NCBI GenBank assembly: GCA_934248075.1
Contig: CAKQKH010000002.1
Span: forward strand, 47,224 to 111,223
Source of the DNA: an uncultured Alphaproteobacteria bacterium
Lineage (GTDB): Bacteria > Pseudomonadota > Alphaproteobacteria > RF32 > CAG-239
Reading direction: 5' to 3'
DNA length: 64,000 nucleotides
Position numbers and translations under genes: made by a program. Shown here in pieces: positions 1-12,241 of this stretch (within the stretch, counting starts at the first letter, position 1; each line of letters starts with the position of its first letter). Under the pieces are notes generated by a model that did not search any database, was not told the DNA's origin, and saw nothing but the letters and a program-made list of their open reading frames with translations.

Positions 1-2
1 GC

Positions 3-104
3 GGACGAGTCAACTATGCCTTGCCCAAAGCTCTGAAAGACCGCGAACCAACGTTTGAAGAAGCGTTGCAAGTTGTGAACGGAGTTAAGAAAAAAGCTGA
101 ATAG
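3..104 (+). CDS. 3' end (34 codons) of an upstream gene running off the window edge, product unknown
   Basis: Frame is open from base 3 to a TAG at 102-104. It is followed by a convergent bidirectional terminator. Confidence 0.25.
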   Translation, partial: GRVNYALPKALKDREPTFEEALQVVNGVKKKAE

Positions 105-117
105 AGGCTAATAGACG

Positions 118-158
118 CAAAAAAATCCACCCTCGGCATTGCTGAAGGTGGATTTTTT
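118..158. terminator. Bidirectional rho-independent terminator between convergent genes
   Basis: Stem aatccacc (124-131) pairs with ggtggatt (147-154). An A-tract lies 5' and a T-tract (153-158) lies 3'. Confidence 0.7.
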
Positions 159-171
159 AATTATTCAGCAC

Positions 172-630
172 TTAGTAGGCCGGAACGACTCTGGCCTGAT
201 CTCCGTATAGCACCATGCAACGCTGGCCGGGTTGAATAATTGTGTCATTGCCTTGAACAATACTGGCCATGCTGCCGTTATCAAACTTTACAACATATTC
301 AAATCCGGTCTGATGCGAAAGCTGCTTTTGAGCCGCATCGCCAGCAATGCCGCCGACTACGGCGCCGCCGATAGCACCCAAAATCGGCACGGTACGCCCA
401 CCGCCGATAGCGGAACCGGCCACACCACCGGCAGCAGCGCCAAGCAAAGTGCCGGCATTATTGTTGCTGCTGTTAACATTAACCGGACGCACACTGACCA
501 CCGTGCAATTTTTGACAGTGTTGACGGTTTGCGCGCTTGAGGCATAGTAATTGTTGGGGCTGATATCGGCTGTGCAGGCGCCGAGAGCCAAAGTTAAAGC
601 AATTGCAGAAACCAAAGCTGTTTTTTTCAT
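172..630 (-). CDS. Glycine-zipper outer-membrane lipoprotein (17-kDa surface antigen / SlyB-like)
   Basis: Signal peptide with lipobox LALGAC. Gly-rich 2TM zipper AGGVAGSAIGGG...GAIGGAVVGGIAG. Size is 152 aa. Confidence 0.7.
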   Translation of the reverse strand: MKKTALVSAIALTLALGACTADISPNNYYASSAQTVNTVKNCTVVSVRPVNVNSSNNNAGTLLGAAAGGVAGSAIGGGRTVPILGAIGGAVVGGIAGDAAQKQLSHQTGFEYVVKFDNGSMASIVQGNDTIIQPGQRCMVLYGDQARVVPAY

Positions 631-783
631 TTTTACGTCCTTCCTAATTAAAAATCTGGATAAAATTTAATCTGTATAATAATATTTGTCAATGCTGGAC
701 ATATTGGGAAAAGTGTAATATAGTCCGCAATTGATTACCGGCGGTAATCAGATAAACAGAATATTTTAAGGATAAGATTAACA

Positions 784-2172
784 ATGTTAAAAAGAACCAA
801 GATTGCACAATTGCTTGCCTCAGAACAGCCTGTGGCTGAGGTTTTGGTCAAAGGCTGGGTCAGAACCCGCCGCGATGCCAAAGATTTTTCGTTTATTGAA
901 GTAAATGACGGCTCATGCCTCAAAAATATTCAGATTATCGCCAATAATAATCTTGGTAATTATGAAGATGTCAAAAAAATCACAACCGGATCTTCGGTGG
1001 CGGTTGTCGGCGCTTTGGTTGAATCCAAGGGCGGCAACCAAAAATACGAAGTTGTAGCCAGAGAAGTTGAAATATATAGTCTGGCTCCGGACGATTTTCC
1101 GCTGCAAAAGAAAAAACACACTGACGAATATCTGCGCACAATTGCGCATTTGCGTCCGCGTACCAACAAATACGGCGCGGCCTTCAGAGTTCGCTCAGAG
1201 TTGTCTTATGCAATTCACAAATTTTTTAACGAACGCGGTTTTCGTTATGTTCACACGCCGATTATCACCGCATCTGACTGCGAAGGCGCCGGCGAGATGT
1301 TTCAAGTTACCACGCTGGATATAAATAATCCGCCGCGCAGCAAAGACGGCAAAGTCGATTACAGTCAGGACTTTTTCGGCAAAGAAGCAAGACTCACGGT
1401 GTCCGGCCAACTGAATGGCGAAATGTTTGCCTGCGCTTTGGGTGATATTTATACCTTTGGTCCGACTTTCCGCGCGGAAAACTCCAACACCACCCGCCAC
1501 GCCGCCGAGTTTTGGATGATTGAGCCGGAAATGGCTTTTGCCGATATTCACGATGATATGGATCTGGCCGAGGATATGGTCAAATTCTGCATCCGCCATG
1601 TTATGAACACCTGCGCCGATGACTTGGATCTATTTAATAAATACGTTGAGCCGGGATTGCTGGATAAGTTAAACAACATTTTGGATAATGGTTTTGCCCG
1701 CATTACCTATGCAGAAGCCATTGATATTATGCAAAAATCAGGCCACAAATTTGAATACAAACCTGAGTTTGGCATTGATATGCAAACCGAGCATGAGCGT
1801 TTTTTGGCGGAGGAGCATTTTAAGCGTCCGGTTATTGTGCGGGATTATCCCAAAGAAATTAAGGCGTTTTATATGCGCCTGAATGACGACGGCCGCACGG
1901 TTGCCGCCATGGATGTTTTGGTGCCGGGAATTGGCGAGCTGATTGGCGGTTCTCAACGCGAGGAGCGCTATGATGTTTTGGTTAAACGCATTCGCGAAAA
2001 CGGCATGCATGAAGATGATTACAGTTGGTATTTGGATTCTCGCCGCTACGGATCGGTTCCGCACGCGGGGTTCGGATTGGGATTTGAGCGCATGATGATG
2101 CTGTTAACCGGCATTGGCAATATTCGTGATGTTATTCCCTTCCCGAGAACTCCCAAATCGGTTAATTTTTAG
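784..2172 (+). CDS. asnS: Asparaginyl-tRNA synthetase
   Basis: 462 aa. N-terminal OB-fold followed by a class II core ([21 protein letters not shown] motifs). Confidence 0.95.
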   Translation: MLKRTKIAQLLASEQPVAEVLVKGWVRTRRDAKDFSFIEVNDGSCLKNIQIIANNNLGNYEDVKKITTGSSVAVVGALVESKGGNQKYEVVAREVEIYSLAPDDFPLQKKKHTDEYLRTIAHLRPRTNKYGAAFRVRSELSYAIHKFFNERGFRYVHTPIITASDCEGAGEMFQVTTLDINNPPRSKDGKVDYSQDFFGKEARLTVSGQLNGEMFACALGDIYTFGPTFRAENSNTTRHAAEFWMIEPEMAFADIHDDMDLAEDMVKFCIRHVMNTCADDLDLFNKYVEPGLLDKLNNILDNGFARITYAEAIDIMQKSGHKFEYKPEFGIDMQTEHERFLAEEHFKRPVIVRDYPKEIKAFYMRLNDDGRTVAAMDVLVPGIGELIGGSQREERYDVLVKRIRENGMHEDDYSWYLDSRRYGSVPHAGFGLGFERMMMLLTGIGNIRDVIPFPRTPKSVNF

Positions 2173-2182
2173 GAACAAATCT

Positions 2183-2716
2183 ATGCGTTGTCTTGCGTTG
2201 GCTCTAGCGTTTGTTTGGTTGACGTGCGCAGCTCAAGCGCAAGACAATGCGGCGAATCTGACTTATGATATGTTTGGGGTCCCCGAACAGACCATCAAGA
2301 TAGTGAAACCGGTGGAGAAGCTTGGTTCGGATTTGTCATATGATTTTCCGGACTGCAACGCGCCGGAGCTGATTGCCGCGACGCAAAAAAGCATTGCCGA
2401 CGACATGGCCAATATTTCCGGAGAAAGCGCAATTTCCCGACGTTATCGGCTGCTGACGCTAAAAAGCATGAATCAGTTTGAGGCGATGGACATAAACGCC
2501 GTGCGGCCGCAAGACGAACCCGAACTGGCGGCAATCTTGGTGGTGGATAAAATCAACTCTGGCCGCCATGATGAAGAATTTAAGATTTGCGCCGGCGAAA
2601 ATCTGGTAACGCACAAACGGGTGTTCTTGTTATTGAGAGCTGAAAATGACGGTTTCAACGTTAAAATAGTCAATTACTTTCCTCATAAAATCTTGTCATT
2701 TATTTATAAGAAATAA
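2183..2716 (+). CDS. Secreted hypothetical protein
   Basis: ATG at 2183 with SD agga 8 nt upstream. Signal peptide MRCLALALAFVWLTCAAQAQ. The longer ORF from 2114 overlaps the asnS stop and is rejected. Confidence 0.5.
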   Translation: MRCLALALAFVWLTCAAQAQDNAANLTYDMFGVPEQTIKIVKPVEKLGSDLSYDFPDCNAPELIAATQKSIADDMANISGESAISRRYRLLTLKSMNQFEAMDINAVRPQDEPELAAILVVDKINSGRHDEEFKICAGENLVTHKRVFLLLRAENDGFNVKIVNYFPHKILSFIYKK

Positions 2717-2832
2717 TAAAATTATATTGCATTTTTAGTGAAAAAGTAATAGTATTCTCTCCCGTTGCAACCTTGTTTTTGCAACATATTGTGCTTATAT
2801 AAAATGGGGTATGGAAAGAAGGCTGAAACTGT

Positions 2833-3729
2833 ATGAGTACCGGTTCGGAATTAATTGTTAAGACATCATCTAATCTGCCGGCTGTGGTCAATGACAACAG
2901 TTTGGTAGCTTATATGGAACAGATTAAGAAATTTCCGGTTTTGAGCGAGGAACAAGAGCAAAAGCTGGTTGCCGATTTTCAGCAAAAAGGCGATATGAAC
3001 GCAGCGCAAACTCTGGTTACGTCTCATCTGCGTTTGGCAGCAAAAATTGCCTTTAACTACCGTCATTACGGTTTGCCGCTGGCCGATATTATATCCGAAG
3101 CCAACATTGGTCTGATGCAGGCGGTCAAAAAGTTTGATTTGAACAAAAAGGTTCGTTTGGCGACCTATGCCATGTGGTGGATTAAGGCGGCTATCAATGA
3201 TTATATCCTGCGCTCCTGGTCTTTGGTTAAGATTGGAACTCGCGCGGCACAGAAAAAGCTGTTTTATAATCTGGCGCGCATAAAAGCGCGATTGGGCTTG
3301 TATGACAACAAAGAGCTGGAGCCGGAAGTTGTTAAAGACATTGCCAAAGAACTGGTGGTAGATGAAGCTGACGTTAAGGAAATGAATTGCCGGCTTGTCG
3401 GTGATAAATCTCTAAATGTCGCGGTTTCGGACGAAGACGAGGACGAACAGATTGACTTTTTGGTTGATCATTCACAAAACATTGAAGACAGTTTGGCTCG
3501 TCGTCAGGAAGCCGGTCAGAAAGCTAAAATTTTGCAAAATTGCTTAGGACAACTGAGTGAACGAGAACAGTATATTATCAGGAATCGGATGCTGACAGAA
3601 AATCCGGTTACGCTGGAAGAACTCGGCACGAAATTTAAGGTTAGTCGGGAGCGAATCCGTCAAATTGAAAAAAGCGCTTTTGACAAATTGCAATCTTTGG
3701 TTTTGGTTGCAATAAGAGCGCAAAAGTGA
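2833..3729 (+). CDS. rpoH: RNA polymerase sigma-32 factor
   Basis: Sigma-70 region 2/4 motifs plus the RpoH box QKKLFYNLARIKARLGL. Confidence 0.9.
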   Translation: MSTGSELIVKTSSNLPAVVNDNSLVAYMEQIKKFPVLSEEQEQKLVADFQQKGDMNAAQTLVTSHLRLAAKIAFNYRHYGLPLADIISEANIGLMQAVKKFDLNKKVRLATYAMWWIKAAINDYILRSWSLVKIGTRAAQKKLFYNLARIKARLGLYDNKELEPEVVKDIAKELVVDEADVKEMNCRLVGDKSLNVAVSDEDEDEQIDFLVDHSQNIEDSLARRQEAGQKAKILQNCLGQLSEREQYIIRNRMLTENPVTLEELGTKFKVSRERIRQIEKSAFDKLQSLVLVAIRAQK

Positions 3730-3754
3730 TATACTGACGAAAACGGAGGTTGAT

Positions 3755-3952
3755 ATGACAAAGATCAACATGATTACAGAATGCCGCGATGTCGCTTTGC
3801 TCAATGACAGCAATAAGGCTGGGCGTGGCTGGAATCATGAAGGCTTTGTCAGCCGCATGACCAATCGTCTGGAAAAAGTTCGCCGCTTGATTAAGGAAAA
3901 AGACGAAACGACGGCAATGTCCAATAATAACGGCAACGTTCACATTATGTAA
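3755..3952 (+). CDS. Small hypothetical protein (65 aa)
   Basis: SD ggagg 7 nt upstream of the ATG. A clean hairpin terminator follows at 3968-3995. Confidence 0.35.
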   Translation: MTKINMITECRDVALLNDSNKAGRGWNHEGFVSRMTNRLEKVRRLIKEKDETTAMSNNNGNVHIM

Positions 3953-3967
3953 TTATAGTCAGGGTTA

Positions 3968-3995
3968 ACACATCTGAGATTTCAGATGTTTTTGT
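3968..3995 (+). terminator. Rho-independent terminator
   Basis: Stem acatctga / tcagatgt with loop gatt, followed by tttttgtgtg. It lies just before the prmC ATG. Confidence 0.6.
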
Positions 3996-4862
3996 GTGCA
4001 ATTTATGAACGACTTTATTAATAACTTGATTGTCTCTGCGCGCCGGAAACTGATATCTGCGGGGATTGAGACCTCTAATTATGAGCTGAGACTGCTATTG
4101 GCGGCCGCGCTCGGAATTGATATATCTGAATTGCCAAGCTATACACAAAAACTGCAATCCAAACAAATTGCCGACTTTGAGCAAATGACTGAACAGCGGC
4201 GACACCGTATGCCGGCGGACAAAATTTTGGGGCATCGCGGTTTTTATAAATATGATTTTGCAGTCAGCGCCGATGTTTTGTCGCCGCGTCCGGATACGGA
4301 AATTTTGTTGGAAGCGGCATTGGAATGCGCTATTAGCACCAAGGCCGAATCCATATTGGAACTGGGAATAGGCTCGGGGTGCGTTGTATCATCTTTGTTG
4401 GCGGAAATTCCGGCGCTGAGAGCCGTGGGAGTAGATATTTCCGCTCCGGCGCTGGAAATCGCGCAGAAAAACGCGCTCGCCTTGGGAGTTGCCGAGCGAT
4501 TAAGGCTGATAAACAAAGATTGGTTTGCCGCTGATTTTATGAGCAATATGCCAACCGGTTTTGATATAATTGTCTCTAATCCGCCATATATTCCCAGCGC
4601 TGAAATTTCGGCGATGGACGCTGAAGTAAAAGATTATGATCCGATGGTGGCTCTAGATGGTGGAAAAGACGGTTTAGACTGCTACCGCAGAATTGCCGAG
4701 TTTGCCTCTGACTTGTTGAAATCAGAGGGAAATGTATTTTTGGAGGTGGGCGAAGGACAGGCTCACGACGTGGCCGAAATATTTGCCGCCGCCGGATTGC
4801 AACCGACCAAAATCTGCAAAGATTTATCTGGTGTGGAACGCTGTGTATGCTTAAAAAAATAA
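3996..4862 (+). CDS. prmC: Release-factor glutamine N5-methyltransferase (HemK/PrmC)
   Basis: NPPY motif (IVSNPPYIP) and SAM-binding LELGIGSGCV. Confidence 0.9.
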   Translation: MQFMNDFINNLIVSARRKLISAGIETSNYELRLLLAAALGIDISELPSYTQKLQSKQIADFEQMTEQRRHRMPADKILGHRGFYKYDFAVSADVLSPRPDTEILLEAALECAISTKAESILELGIGSGCVVSSLLAEIPALRAVGVDISAPALEIAQKNALALGVAERLRLINKDWFAADFMSNMPTGFDIIVSNPPYIPSAEISAMDAEVKDYDPMVALDGGKDGLDCYRRIAEFASDLLKSEGNVFLEVGEGQAHDVAEIFAAAGLQPTKICKDLSGVERCVCLKK

Positions 4863-5018
4863 GTTGCAATCCACAAATTATTATGTAATATAGCATTTGT
4901 TTCGGGTGCTTTGTTTCGTTTTTGTCTGGCGCCTTTTATTCATCAAAAACAAATATAGATTAAAATTTTAATTTAACCGGCTTCACATTTGTTGGGGCAT
5001 TATCTTTGGTAAAAATTT

Positions 5019-5576
5019 ATGAAAAAAAACATTAAATATCGTTCTAATAACAATTACAATAATAACAATAACAGCCACATTTTTTCTTTGAACTATAAAT
5101 TTGACAGCTCCAGCCCGGCCGGAAAATTTAGCGGAACAGCTCTGGATTTGATTAAACGTTACAATGAGTTGGCTAAAGAATCTCAGGGCAACGGCGATTA
5201 TGTCGAGGCTGAGGTTTTTCGCCAATATGCCGAACATTATCGCAAAATTGTTACGGAAATTAACGAACGTAAAAACGAAATGAATGATCGCCGCGCTCAG
5301 CAACAAAATCAGATTGCGGCTGAAAACACCGTTGCCGCAAACACCAACTCCGAGGCGAACGCAGTTGCGGAAGAACCGCAGCCCCAGATTCTGAATCAGG
5401 CTCCGGCAACAACAGAAGAAACCGCAAAAGTTGAAGCGCCAGCAGTTGAAGCCCCAAAACGCAGTTTTAAGGTTATTGAAATTAACGCTGCAGATTCTGA
5501 AAAGCCGGTTTCCAAACGTGGTCGCCCGCGTCTTAGCGCTCCACGCAAACCAAAAATTGAAGCGGCCGCTCTGTAA
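5019..5576 (+). CDS. DUF4167 domain protein
   Basis: Conserved alphaproteobacterial GNGDYVEAEVFRQYAEHY core. C-terminus is low-complexity and basic. Confidence 0.55.
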   Translation: MKKNIKYRSNNNYNNNNNSHIFSLNYKFDSSSPAGKFSGTALDLIKRYNELAKESQGNGDYVEAEVFRQYAEHYRKIVTEINERKNEMNDRRAQQQNQIAAENTVAANTNSEANAVAEEPQPQILNQAPATTEETAKVEAPAVEAPKRSFKVIEINAADSEKPVSKRGRPRLSAPRKPKIEAAAL

Positions 5577-5600
5577 CCTTAAAACATAAGGAGCAAAAAG

Positions 5601-6743
5601 ATGTTCTTTATTGCATTTCTGATTATTGCTATCGCCTGCTCAGTCATAAGCATTAAGACTTTGGTCGGATACAGCGATATGAATGTCAGCGCCAAAATCT
5701 CGATTTCCACCTTTATCGCGCTGGGTTGGATTGCTCCTTTGTTAGTCACGTTTTTGTGCCGCGCGGACTTTTTGCCAACCAAAGTTTTTACGGTGATTTC
5801 ATTTTGCTCATATACTTTGTTTGGTTTTGTCTTTATTGTTTTTTGTTTGCTGATGTTGCGCGACATCATTTGGTATGGAATATACGGCTCGGCCAGATTG
5901 GCCGGTATTGACAGCTGGTCGCTCAACCCCAAAAACATCAGTGTTCTTGGTCATGCCAACCTGCTTGTGTTGCTGCTTAGCGCATTGCTGAGTGTATATG
6001 CCATTTATCAGGGGGTTAAGATACCTGATATTAACTACATCACAGTTGAACATCAGTTTATTAATAAAAACCTGCGGATTGTCCAGCTGACCGACACGCA
6101 TATCGATCGAACAACACCGCTGAGCCGAGTTCGTAAAATTGTGGAAAAGGTGAATAGCCTGAATCCCGATATTATAGTTTTGACCGGCGATATTTTTGAC
6201 GATGACTCCACGGTTTTGGAAAACCAGCTGGCAATTATGGCAAATTTGAGCGCGCCGTACGGCGTCTATGCCAGCATGGGGAATCATGAGTTTTACACCG
6301 GTTTTTACTCTTGGCTGTACCGATACAAAAAATTGGGCTTTAAGGTGTTGGTTAATCAGGGCGAAACTGTCGCCGGCGATATATTTATTTCCGGCGTGCC
6401 TGATGCTTATGCCGCTTTTGAGCATCCTGACCTGAATATTAACCTAAGCAAATGCTTGGAAGGCAGCCATATGAAACAATTTCGGATACTGCTGTCGCAT
6501 ACTCCGGAAATTATCAACTCAATTAGCAGTTTCAATTTTCAGCTGATGTTGTCCGGACACACTCACGGCGGGCAGATTTTTCCGTTCCATATATTTGTTA
6601 AAAAAGCCAACCAATATTTGAGCGGCGATTACGATGTTAACGGAATCAAACTACACGTTTCTCCCGGCGCCGGCACTTGGGGACCAAGCATGAGACTTTT
6701 GGCTCCCTCAGAAATTGCCGTGATCGATTTGGTAAAAAAATAA
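5601..6743 (+). CDS. Membrane-anchored calcineurin-like metallophosphoesterase
   Basis: N-terminal TM helices. Phosphoesterase motifs DTHID, GDIFDD, GNHE and GHTHGGQ. SD aaggag. Confidence 0.75.
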   Translation: MFFIAFLIIAIACSVISIKTLVGYSDMNVSAKISISTFIALGWIAPLLVTFLCRADFLPTKVFTVISFCSYTLFGFVFIVFCLLMLRDIIWYGIYGSARLAGIDSWSLNPKNISVLGHANLLVLLLSALLSVYAIYQGVKIPDINYITVEHQFINKNLRIVQLTDTHIDRTTPLSRVRKIVEKVNSLNPDIIVLTGDIFDDDSTVLENQLAIMANLSAPYGVYASMGNHEFYTGFYSWLYRYKKLGFKVLVNQGETVAGDIFISGVPDAYAAFEHPDLNINLSKCLEGSHMKQFRILLSHTPEIINSISSFNFQLMLSGHTHGGQIFPFHIFVKKANQYLSGDYDVNGIKLHVSPGAGTWGPSMRLLAPSEIAVIDLVKK

Positions 6744-6805
6744 ATTATAGCATCTTGATTTTATCCCCGTATATTTCTTATATTAGAAACAGGGGGATTA
6801 AAACT

Positions 6806-9412
6806 ATGGATTTTGAAAAACTTACTGCTAAATCTAAAGAAGTTATTGAACAAGTATTGAAGCTGGCGGCGGCGCGCAAAAACCAGTATATTACGCCGTT
6901 GCATCTGCTGAAAGTGTTGTTAGATGGAAACGACAGCACAATTATGAACTTAATTCTTAAGGCCGGAGGAAATCAGACGACTATCCGCGACAAGCTGGAA
7001 TCGGCTTTTGCCAAACTGCCACAAGTGGCAGGAGCCTCCGTTCAGAGTCTGATGAGTCAGGATTTTACCACCGTGATGATGGCGGCAGAAAACTTGGCCG
7101 ACAAAGCCAATGACCAATATGTTACGGTTGAGCGTTTATTACAAGCTCTGGCCACCACGGCGGGAAACGAAGCGTATGATATTTTGACGGCGGCCGGCGT
7201 TAACGCGGTGAAATTGAATCAGGCTATTAATGAATATCGCAAAGGTCGGCTTGCTGACAGCGAAACCGCTGAAGATAATTTTGAGGCTTTGAAAAAATTT
7301 ACGATTGATATCACGCAAAAAGCCAAGGAAGGCAAACTTGATCCAGTTATTGGTCGTGAACATGAAATTCGCCGCACCATTCAGGTTTTGTCTCGCCGCA
7401 CCAAAAACAATCCGGTGCTGATTGGCGAACCGGGGGTTGGTAAGACGGCAATTGTAGAAGGGCTGGCTATGCGAATTGTCAATAACGATGTGCCGGAAAG
7501 CCTGCGCGGCAAGAGATTGCTGTCATTGGATTTGGGCGCGTTGATTGCCGGAGCCAAGTTTCGCGGAGAATTTGAGGAACGGCTGAAAGCCGTGTTAAAA
7601 GATGTGGAGGCTTCCGAAGGCGGCATAATTCTGTTTATTGATGAAATGCACACCTTGGTCGGAGCCGGAGCATCTGAAGGCTCAATGGATGCGTCCAACC
7701 TGTTAAAACCGGCCTTAGCGCGCGGCGAGTTGCATTGCTTGGGAGCAACAACGCTGAATGAATATAAGAAATATGTTGAAAAAGACGCGGCGCTGGCTCG
7801 ACGCTTTCAGGCGGTATATGTCGGTGAACCAAATGTTGAGGAAACAATCTCTATCCTGCGCGGAATCAAAGAAAAATTTGAGTTGCATCATGGGGTCAAG
7901 ATTTCTGACGGCGCGCTGATTGCCGCGGCAACACTGTCTGATCGCTATATCAGCGACAGATTTTTGCCCGACAAGGCCATTGACCTGATGGACGAAGCGG
8001 CAAGCTCATTGCGTATGGCCATAGACTCCAAACCGGAAGAGCTTGATGAGCTTGATCGACGGATATTGCAGCTGAAAATTGAGCGGGAAGGCATTAAAAA
8101 AGAAACAGACCCTAAGTCTAAAGAGCGTTGTGAGTTAATTGCCTATGAAATCTCCGGATTGGAGGCTAAGGCCAAAGCTCTGGAAGATAAATGGCGGGAA
8201 GAAAAACAAGGATTGGCTGATTTTACCGGCTTGAAAGACCAGTTGGATAAGGCCAGAATTGAAGTTGAAATTGCCAAACGTGAGGGCAGATTTGAACGCG
8301 CCGGCGAACTCCAATACAGTGTTATTCCAGAATTGGAACGCAAGATTAACGCCGCCGAAGAAAAAGCCAAAGAGCGTAAAAACAGTTTCTCGGAAACCGT
8401 TACGGAAGAAAACATTGCTAATGTGGTTTCTAAGTGGACAGGAATTCCGGTTGACAAAATGCTGGAAGGCGAGCGCGAAAAATTGTTGCATATGGAAGAC
8501 TTTTTGGCTAAACGGGTTATTGGTCAGAAAGAGGCTATTGCAGCTGTATCTAATGCGGTTCGCCGCTCGCGCGCCGGCATATCCGACGCCCGCCAGCCAA
8601 TTGGCTCATTCTTGTTTTTGGGGCCGACCGGCGTGGGCAAAACCGAACTAAGCAAAGCTTTGGCGGAGTTTTTGTTTAATGACGAGGCCGCCATGTTGCG
8701 AGTTGACATGTCGGAATATATGGAAAAACACGCTGTTGCTCGTTTGATTGGCTCGCCTCCGGGATATGTTGGCTATGATGAAGGCGGATATTTAACCGAG
8801 GCTGTGCGCCGCCGCCCGTATCAGGTTATCTTGTTTGATGAAATTGAAAAAGCACATCCTGATGTGTTTAATATTTTGCTACAAGTGCTTGATGACGGTC
8901 GTTTGACTGATGGTAAAGGCCGCACGGTAGATTTTAAGAACACAATCATCATCATGACCTCAAACTTGGGATCTGAGATATTGTCTAATGCTACCGGCGC
9001 TGACGACGGCAAACAAATCCGCGCTAAAGTGATGGAGATTGTAAAAGCGTCTTTTCGTCCGGAATTTATTAACCGTATTGATGAAATTACAATCTTTCAC
9101 AAACTTGATAAGAGTAATATCAAAGATATTGCCCAAATTCAGATTGCCAATATTGAGAAACGTCTGGCCGACCGCAATATTCATCTGAAAGTAACCGAAC
9201 CGGCGTTTATCTGGATTGTGAACAATGGTTATGATCCGACTTATGGCGCCCGTCCGCTGAAAAGACTTTTGAAAAACCAAATTGAAAACAAATTGGCGCT
9301 CAAAATTCTGGACGGCGAAATCGGCGACAATGATACCGCAAGCATCATTGTCAGCAACGGAGCGTTGGATATTGTAAGGGACAAAAAAGCTTCGTCTGAA
9401 AATAAAAAGTAA
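6806..9412 (+). CDS. clpB: Chaperone ClpB (AAA+ disaggregase)
   Basis: Two AAA modules ([16 protein letters not shown]) and a middle coiled-coil. Start placed at ATG 6806 ([13 protein letters not shown]...) with SD aggggga, rather than the in-frame upstream extension. Confidence 0.95.
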   Translation: MDFEKLTAKSKEVIEQVLKLAAARKNQYITPLHLLKVLLDGNDSTIMNLILKAGGNQTTIRDKLESAFAKLPQVAGASVQSLMSQDFTTVMMAAENLADKANDQYVTVERLLQALATTAGNEAYDILTAAGVNAVKLNQAINEYRKGRLADSETAEDNFEALKKFTIDITQKAKEGKLDPVIGREHEIRRTIQVLSRRTKNNPVLIGEPGVGKTAIVEGLAMRIVNNDVPESLRGKRLLSLDLGALIAGAKFRGEFEERLKAVLKDVEASEGGIILFIDEMHTLVGAGASEGSMDASNLLKPALARGELHCLGATTLNEYKKYVEKDAALARRFQAVYVGEPNVEETISILRGIKEKFELHHGVKISDGALIAAATLSDRYISDRFLPDKAIDLMDEAASSLRMAIDSKPEELDELDRRILQLKIEREGIKKETDPKSKERCELIAYEISGLEAKAKALEDKWREEKQGLADFTGLKDQLDKARIEVEIAKREGRFERAGELQYSVIPELERKINAAEEKAKERKNSFSETVTEENIANVVSKWTGIPVDKMLEGEREKLLHMEDFLAKRVIGQKEAIAAVSNAVRRSRAGISDARQPIGSFLFLGPTGVGKTELSKALAEFLFNDEAAMLRVDMSEYMEKHAVARLIGSPPGYVGYDEGGYLTEAVRRRPYQVILFDEIEKAHPDVFNILLQVLDDGRLTDGKGRTVDFKNTIIIMTSNLGSEILSNATGADDGKQIRAKVMEIVKASFRPEFINRIDEITIFHKLDKSNIKDIAQIQIANIEKRLADRNIHLKVTEPAFIWIVNNGYDPTYGARPLKRLLKNQIENKLALKILDGEIGDNDTASIIVSNGALDIVRDKKASSENKK

Positions 9413-9425
9413 TCTGTAATTTGCG

Positions 9426-9465
9426 CAAAAAATCCCCTTGCCCTGAAAAGCAAGGGGATTTTAAT
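9426..9465. terminator. Bidirectional terminator (clpB / response regulator)
   Basis: Stem atccccttgc (9432-9441) pairs with gcaaggggat (9450-9459). Flanked by an A-tract and a T-tract. Confidence 0.7.
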
Positions 9466-10098
9466 TCAGATAAGCCCCATTTTTTGGGCAATTATTACGG
9501 CTTGAGTGCGATTGGTGGCTCCAACCGCTCGCAACAAAGCATTTATATGCAATTTTACCGTAGCCTCAGACACGTCCATTTTATAGGCAATTTGTTTATT
9601 TGACATTCCTTCTGCCACATAGTCCAACACCTCAGACTGTCGCGGAGTCAAAATTTTGTTGCCGCCGCGAACATGGCGGCCTTCCGCGCCAACAGTTGCC
9701 GCAAAATCCATGATGGACGGCGGCAAATAGGTTCCGCCGTCTGCCACCAATTTTAGGGCGGATAACAATACTTTGGTATCTGAACGTTTGGGTATGTAGC
9801 CCTTAATGCCCATATCGATTACTTTTTTAATGTTGCGAGCATCTTCTGAGGCGGATACAACCACAAACCGACAATTCGGCGCTTTGTTTTGCAACGCGCG
9901 CAAACCGTCTTCCCACTTCATATCAGGCATATCCAGATCAATTACGACTAAGTCGGTGTCTGGAGCGGCCTCAACTATCTTTAACGCTTGCGAAAAATTT
10001 GCGGCCTGATTGATTACCGCCTGAGGAACAATTTTTTCCACTTGCAGGCTCAAGCCGTCTCTGAATAGTGCATGGTCGTCCGCGATAAGAATCTTCAT
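9466..10098 (-). CDS. LuxR/FixJ-family two-component response regulator
   Basis: Receiver domain (DD...D...K) plus a C-terminal HTH_LuxR (EATVKLHINALLRAVG). Confidence 0.85.
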   Translation of the reverse strand: MKILIADDHALFRDGLSLQVEKIVPQAVINQAANFSQALKIVEAAPDTDLVVIDLDMPDMKWEDGLRALQNKAPNCRFVVVSASEDARNIKKVIDMGIKGYIPKRSDTKVLLSALKLVADGGTYLPPSIMDFAATVGAEGRHVRGGNKILTPRQSEVLDYVAEGMSNKQIAYKMDVSEATVKLHINALLRAVGATNRTQAVIIAQKMGLI

Positions 10099-10219
10099 AT
10101 CGTCCTCCGCGTTGGTAATCGCACAACATTGCGCCGCTATCCGGTCGCAAATTTAACAGGTTAGTTCGTTATATAAATCTTTTGGGCAACATTTAAAGTA
10201 GCTGCCGCAAAATTTCCGC

Positions 10220-10684
10220 CTATAAATAAAGGCAGTCTATTCCGGCCTCTTTGAACATTTCTTCCGAATAAGCCAGTTTGTCTCGCCAGGTGTTGGCCGG
10301 AGATTTTTCATCAATCGTGACTTTGCGGGTTACAACCATCTTAATGCCGGACTGAATAATCGCTCGAGCGCAATCAGGACACGGCATCGCGGTTACATAA
10401 ATTACGCAACCTTTGAGAGAGGCGCCAATCAGACAGGCGTTATACACGGCGTTACGCTCGGCATGCTCAAAAAAATCATACTTGGTGGGGCGTTCCATGC
10501 GCTCGGGTTTGTTGTCATCAACACCTCTGACCAAACCATTGTATCCGGTGGAGCGAATCTCTCGATCAGGACCGACAACAACTGCTCCGACTTTGGTGGA
10601 CGGATCCTTAGACCAGGTCTTGACTAACTCGGCAACTTCCATAAAACGCTGGTGCCATTTTTCTGAAAACATGAAAAACCTCAC
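10220..10684 (-). CDS. dCMP deaminase (ComEB-like cytidine/deoxycytidylate deaminase)
   Basis: HAERNA and PCPDCA zinc-binding motifs. Confidence 0.8.
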   Translation of the reverse strand: MRFFMFSEKWHQRFMEVAELVKTWSKDPSTKVGAVVVGPDREIRSTGYNGLVRGVDDNKPERMERPTKYDFFEHAERNAVYNACLIGASLKGCVIYVTAMPCPDCARAIIQSGIKMVVTRKVTIDEKSPANTWRDKLAYSEEMFKEAGIDCLYL

Positions 10685-10844
10685 GGCTGGTTATTGTTAA
10701 CTGATAATCGATTTTCTGGTATCAGAATAACTGATTATAAAAAACTTACAATCATTTTTTAAAATAGCGGTAAAAATCCCTAAAGCTCTTGACATCGGCA
10801 ATAAAATGCACCAAGTTATCAATAGTGTTTTTTAATTAATTTAG

Positions 10845-12131
<1,287 letters not shown>

Positions 12132-12194
12132 GCATTACGCTTAAGGCCGCTTGAACAGATTGAATGTCAGGTCGCCGTAACGTTTTCAAGATTA

Positions 12195-12230
12195 CAAAAA
12201 AGCCTCGCTGATTAGCGAGGCTTTTTTTGG
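12195..12230. terminator. Bidirectional terminator (eno / valS)
   Basis: Stem agcctcgct / agcgaggct with loop gatt. Flanked by aaaaaa and ttttttt. Confidence 0.8.
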
Positions 12231-12241
12231 TATTCGCAAAA

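Noticed and set aside
2114-2182. N-terminal extension of the 2114-2716 ORF overlapping the asnS stop
   Set aside because: The internal ATG at 2183 has an SD and is followed immediately by a signal peptide. The extension has no SD and overlaps asnS.
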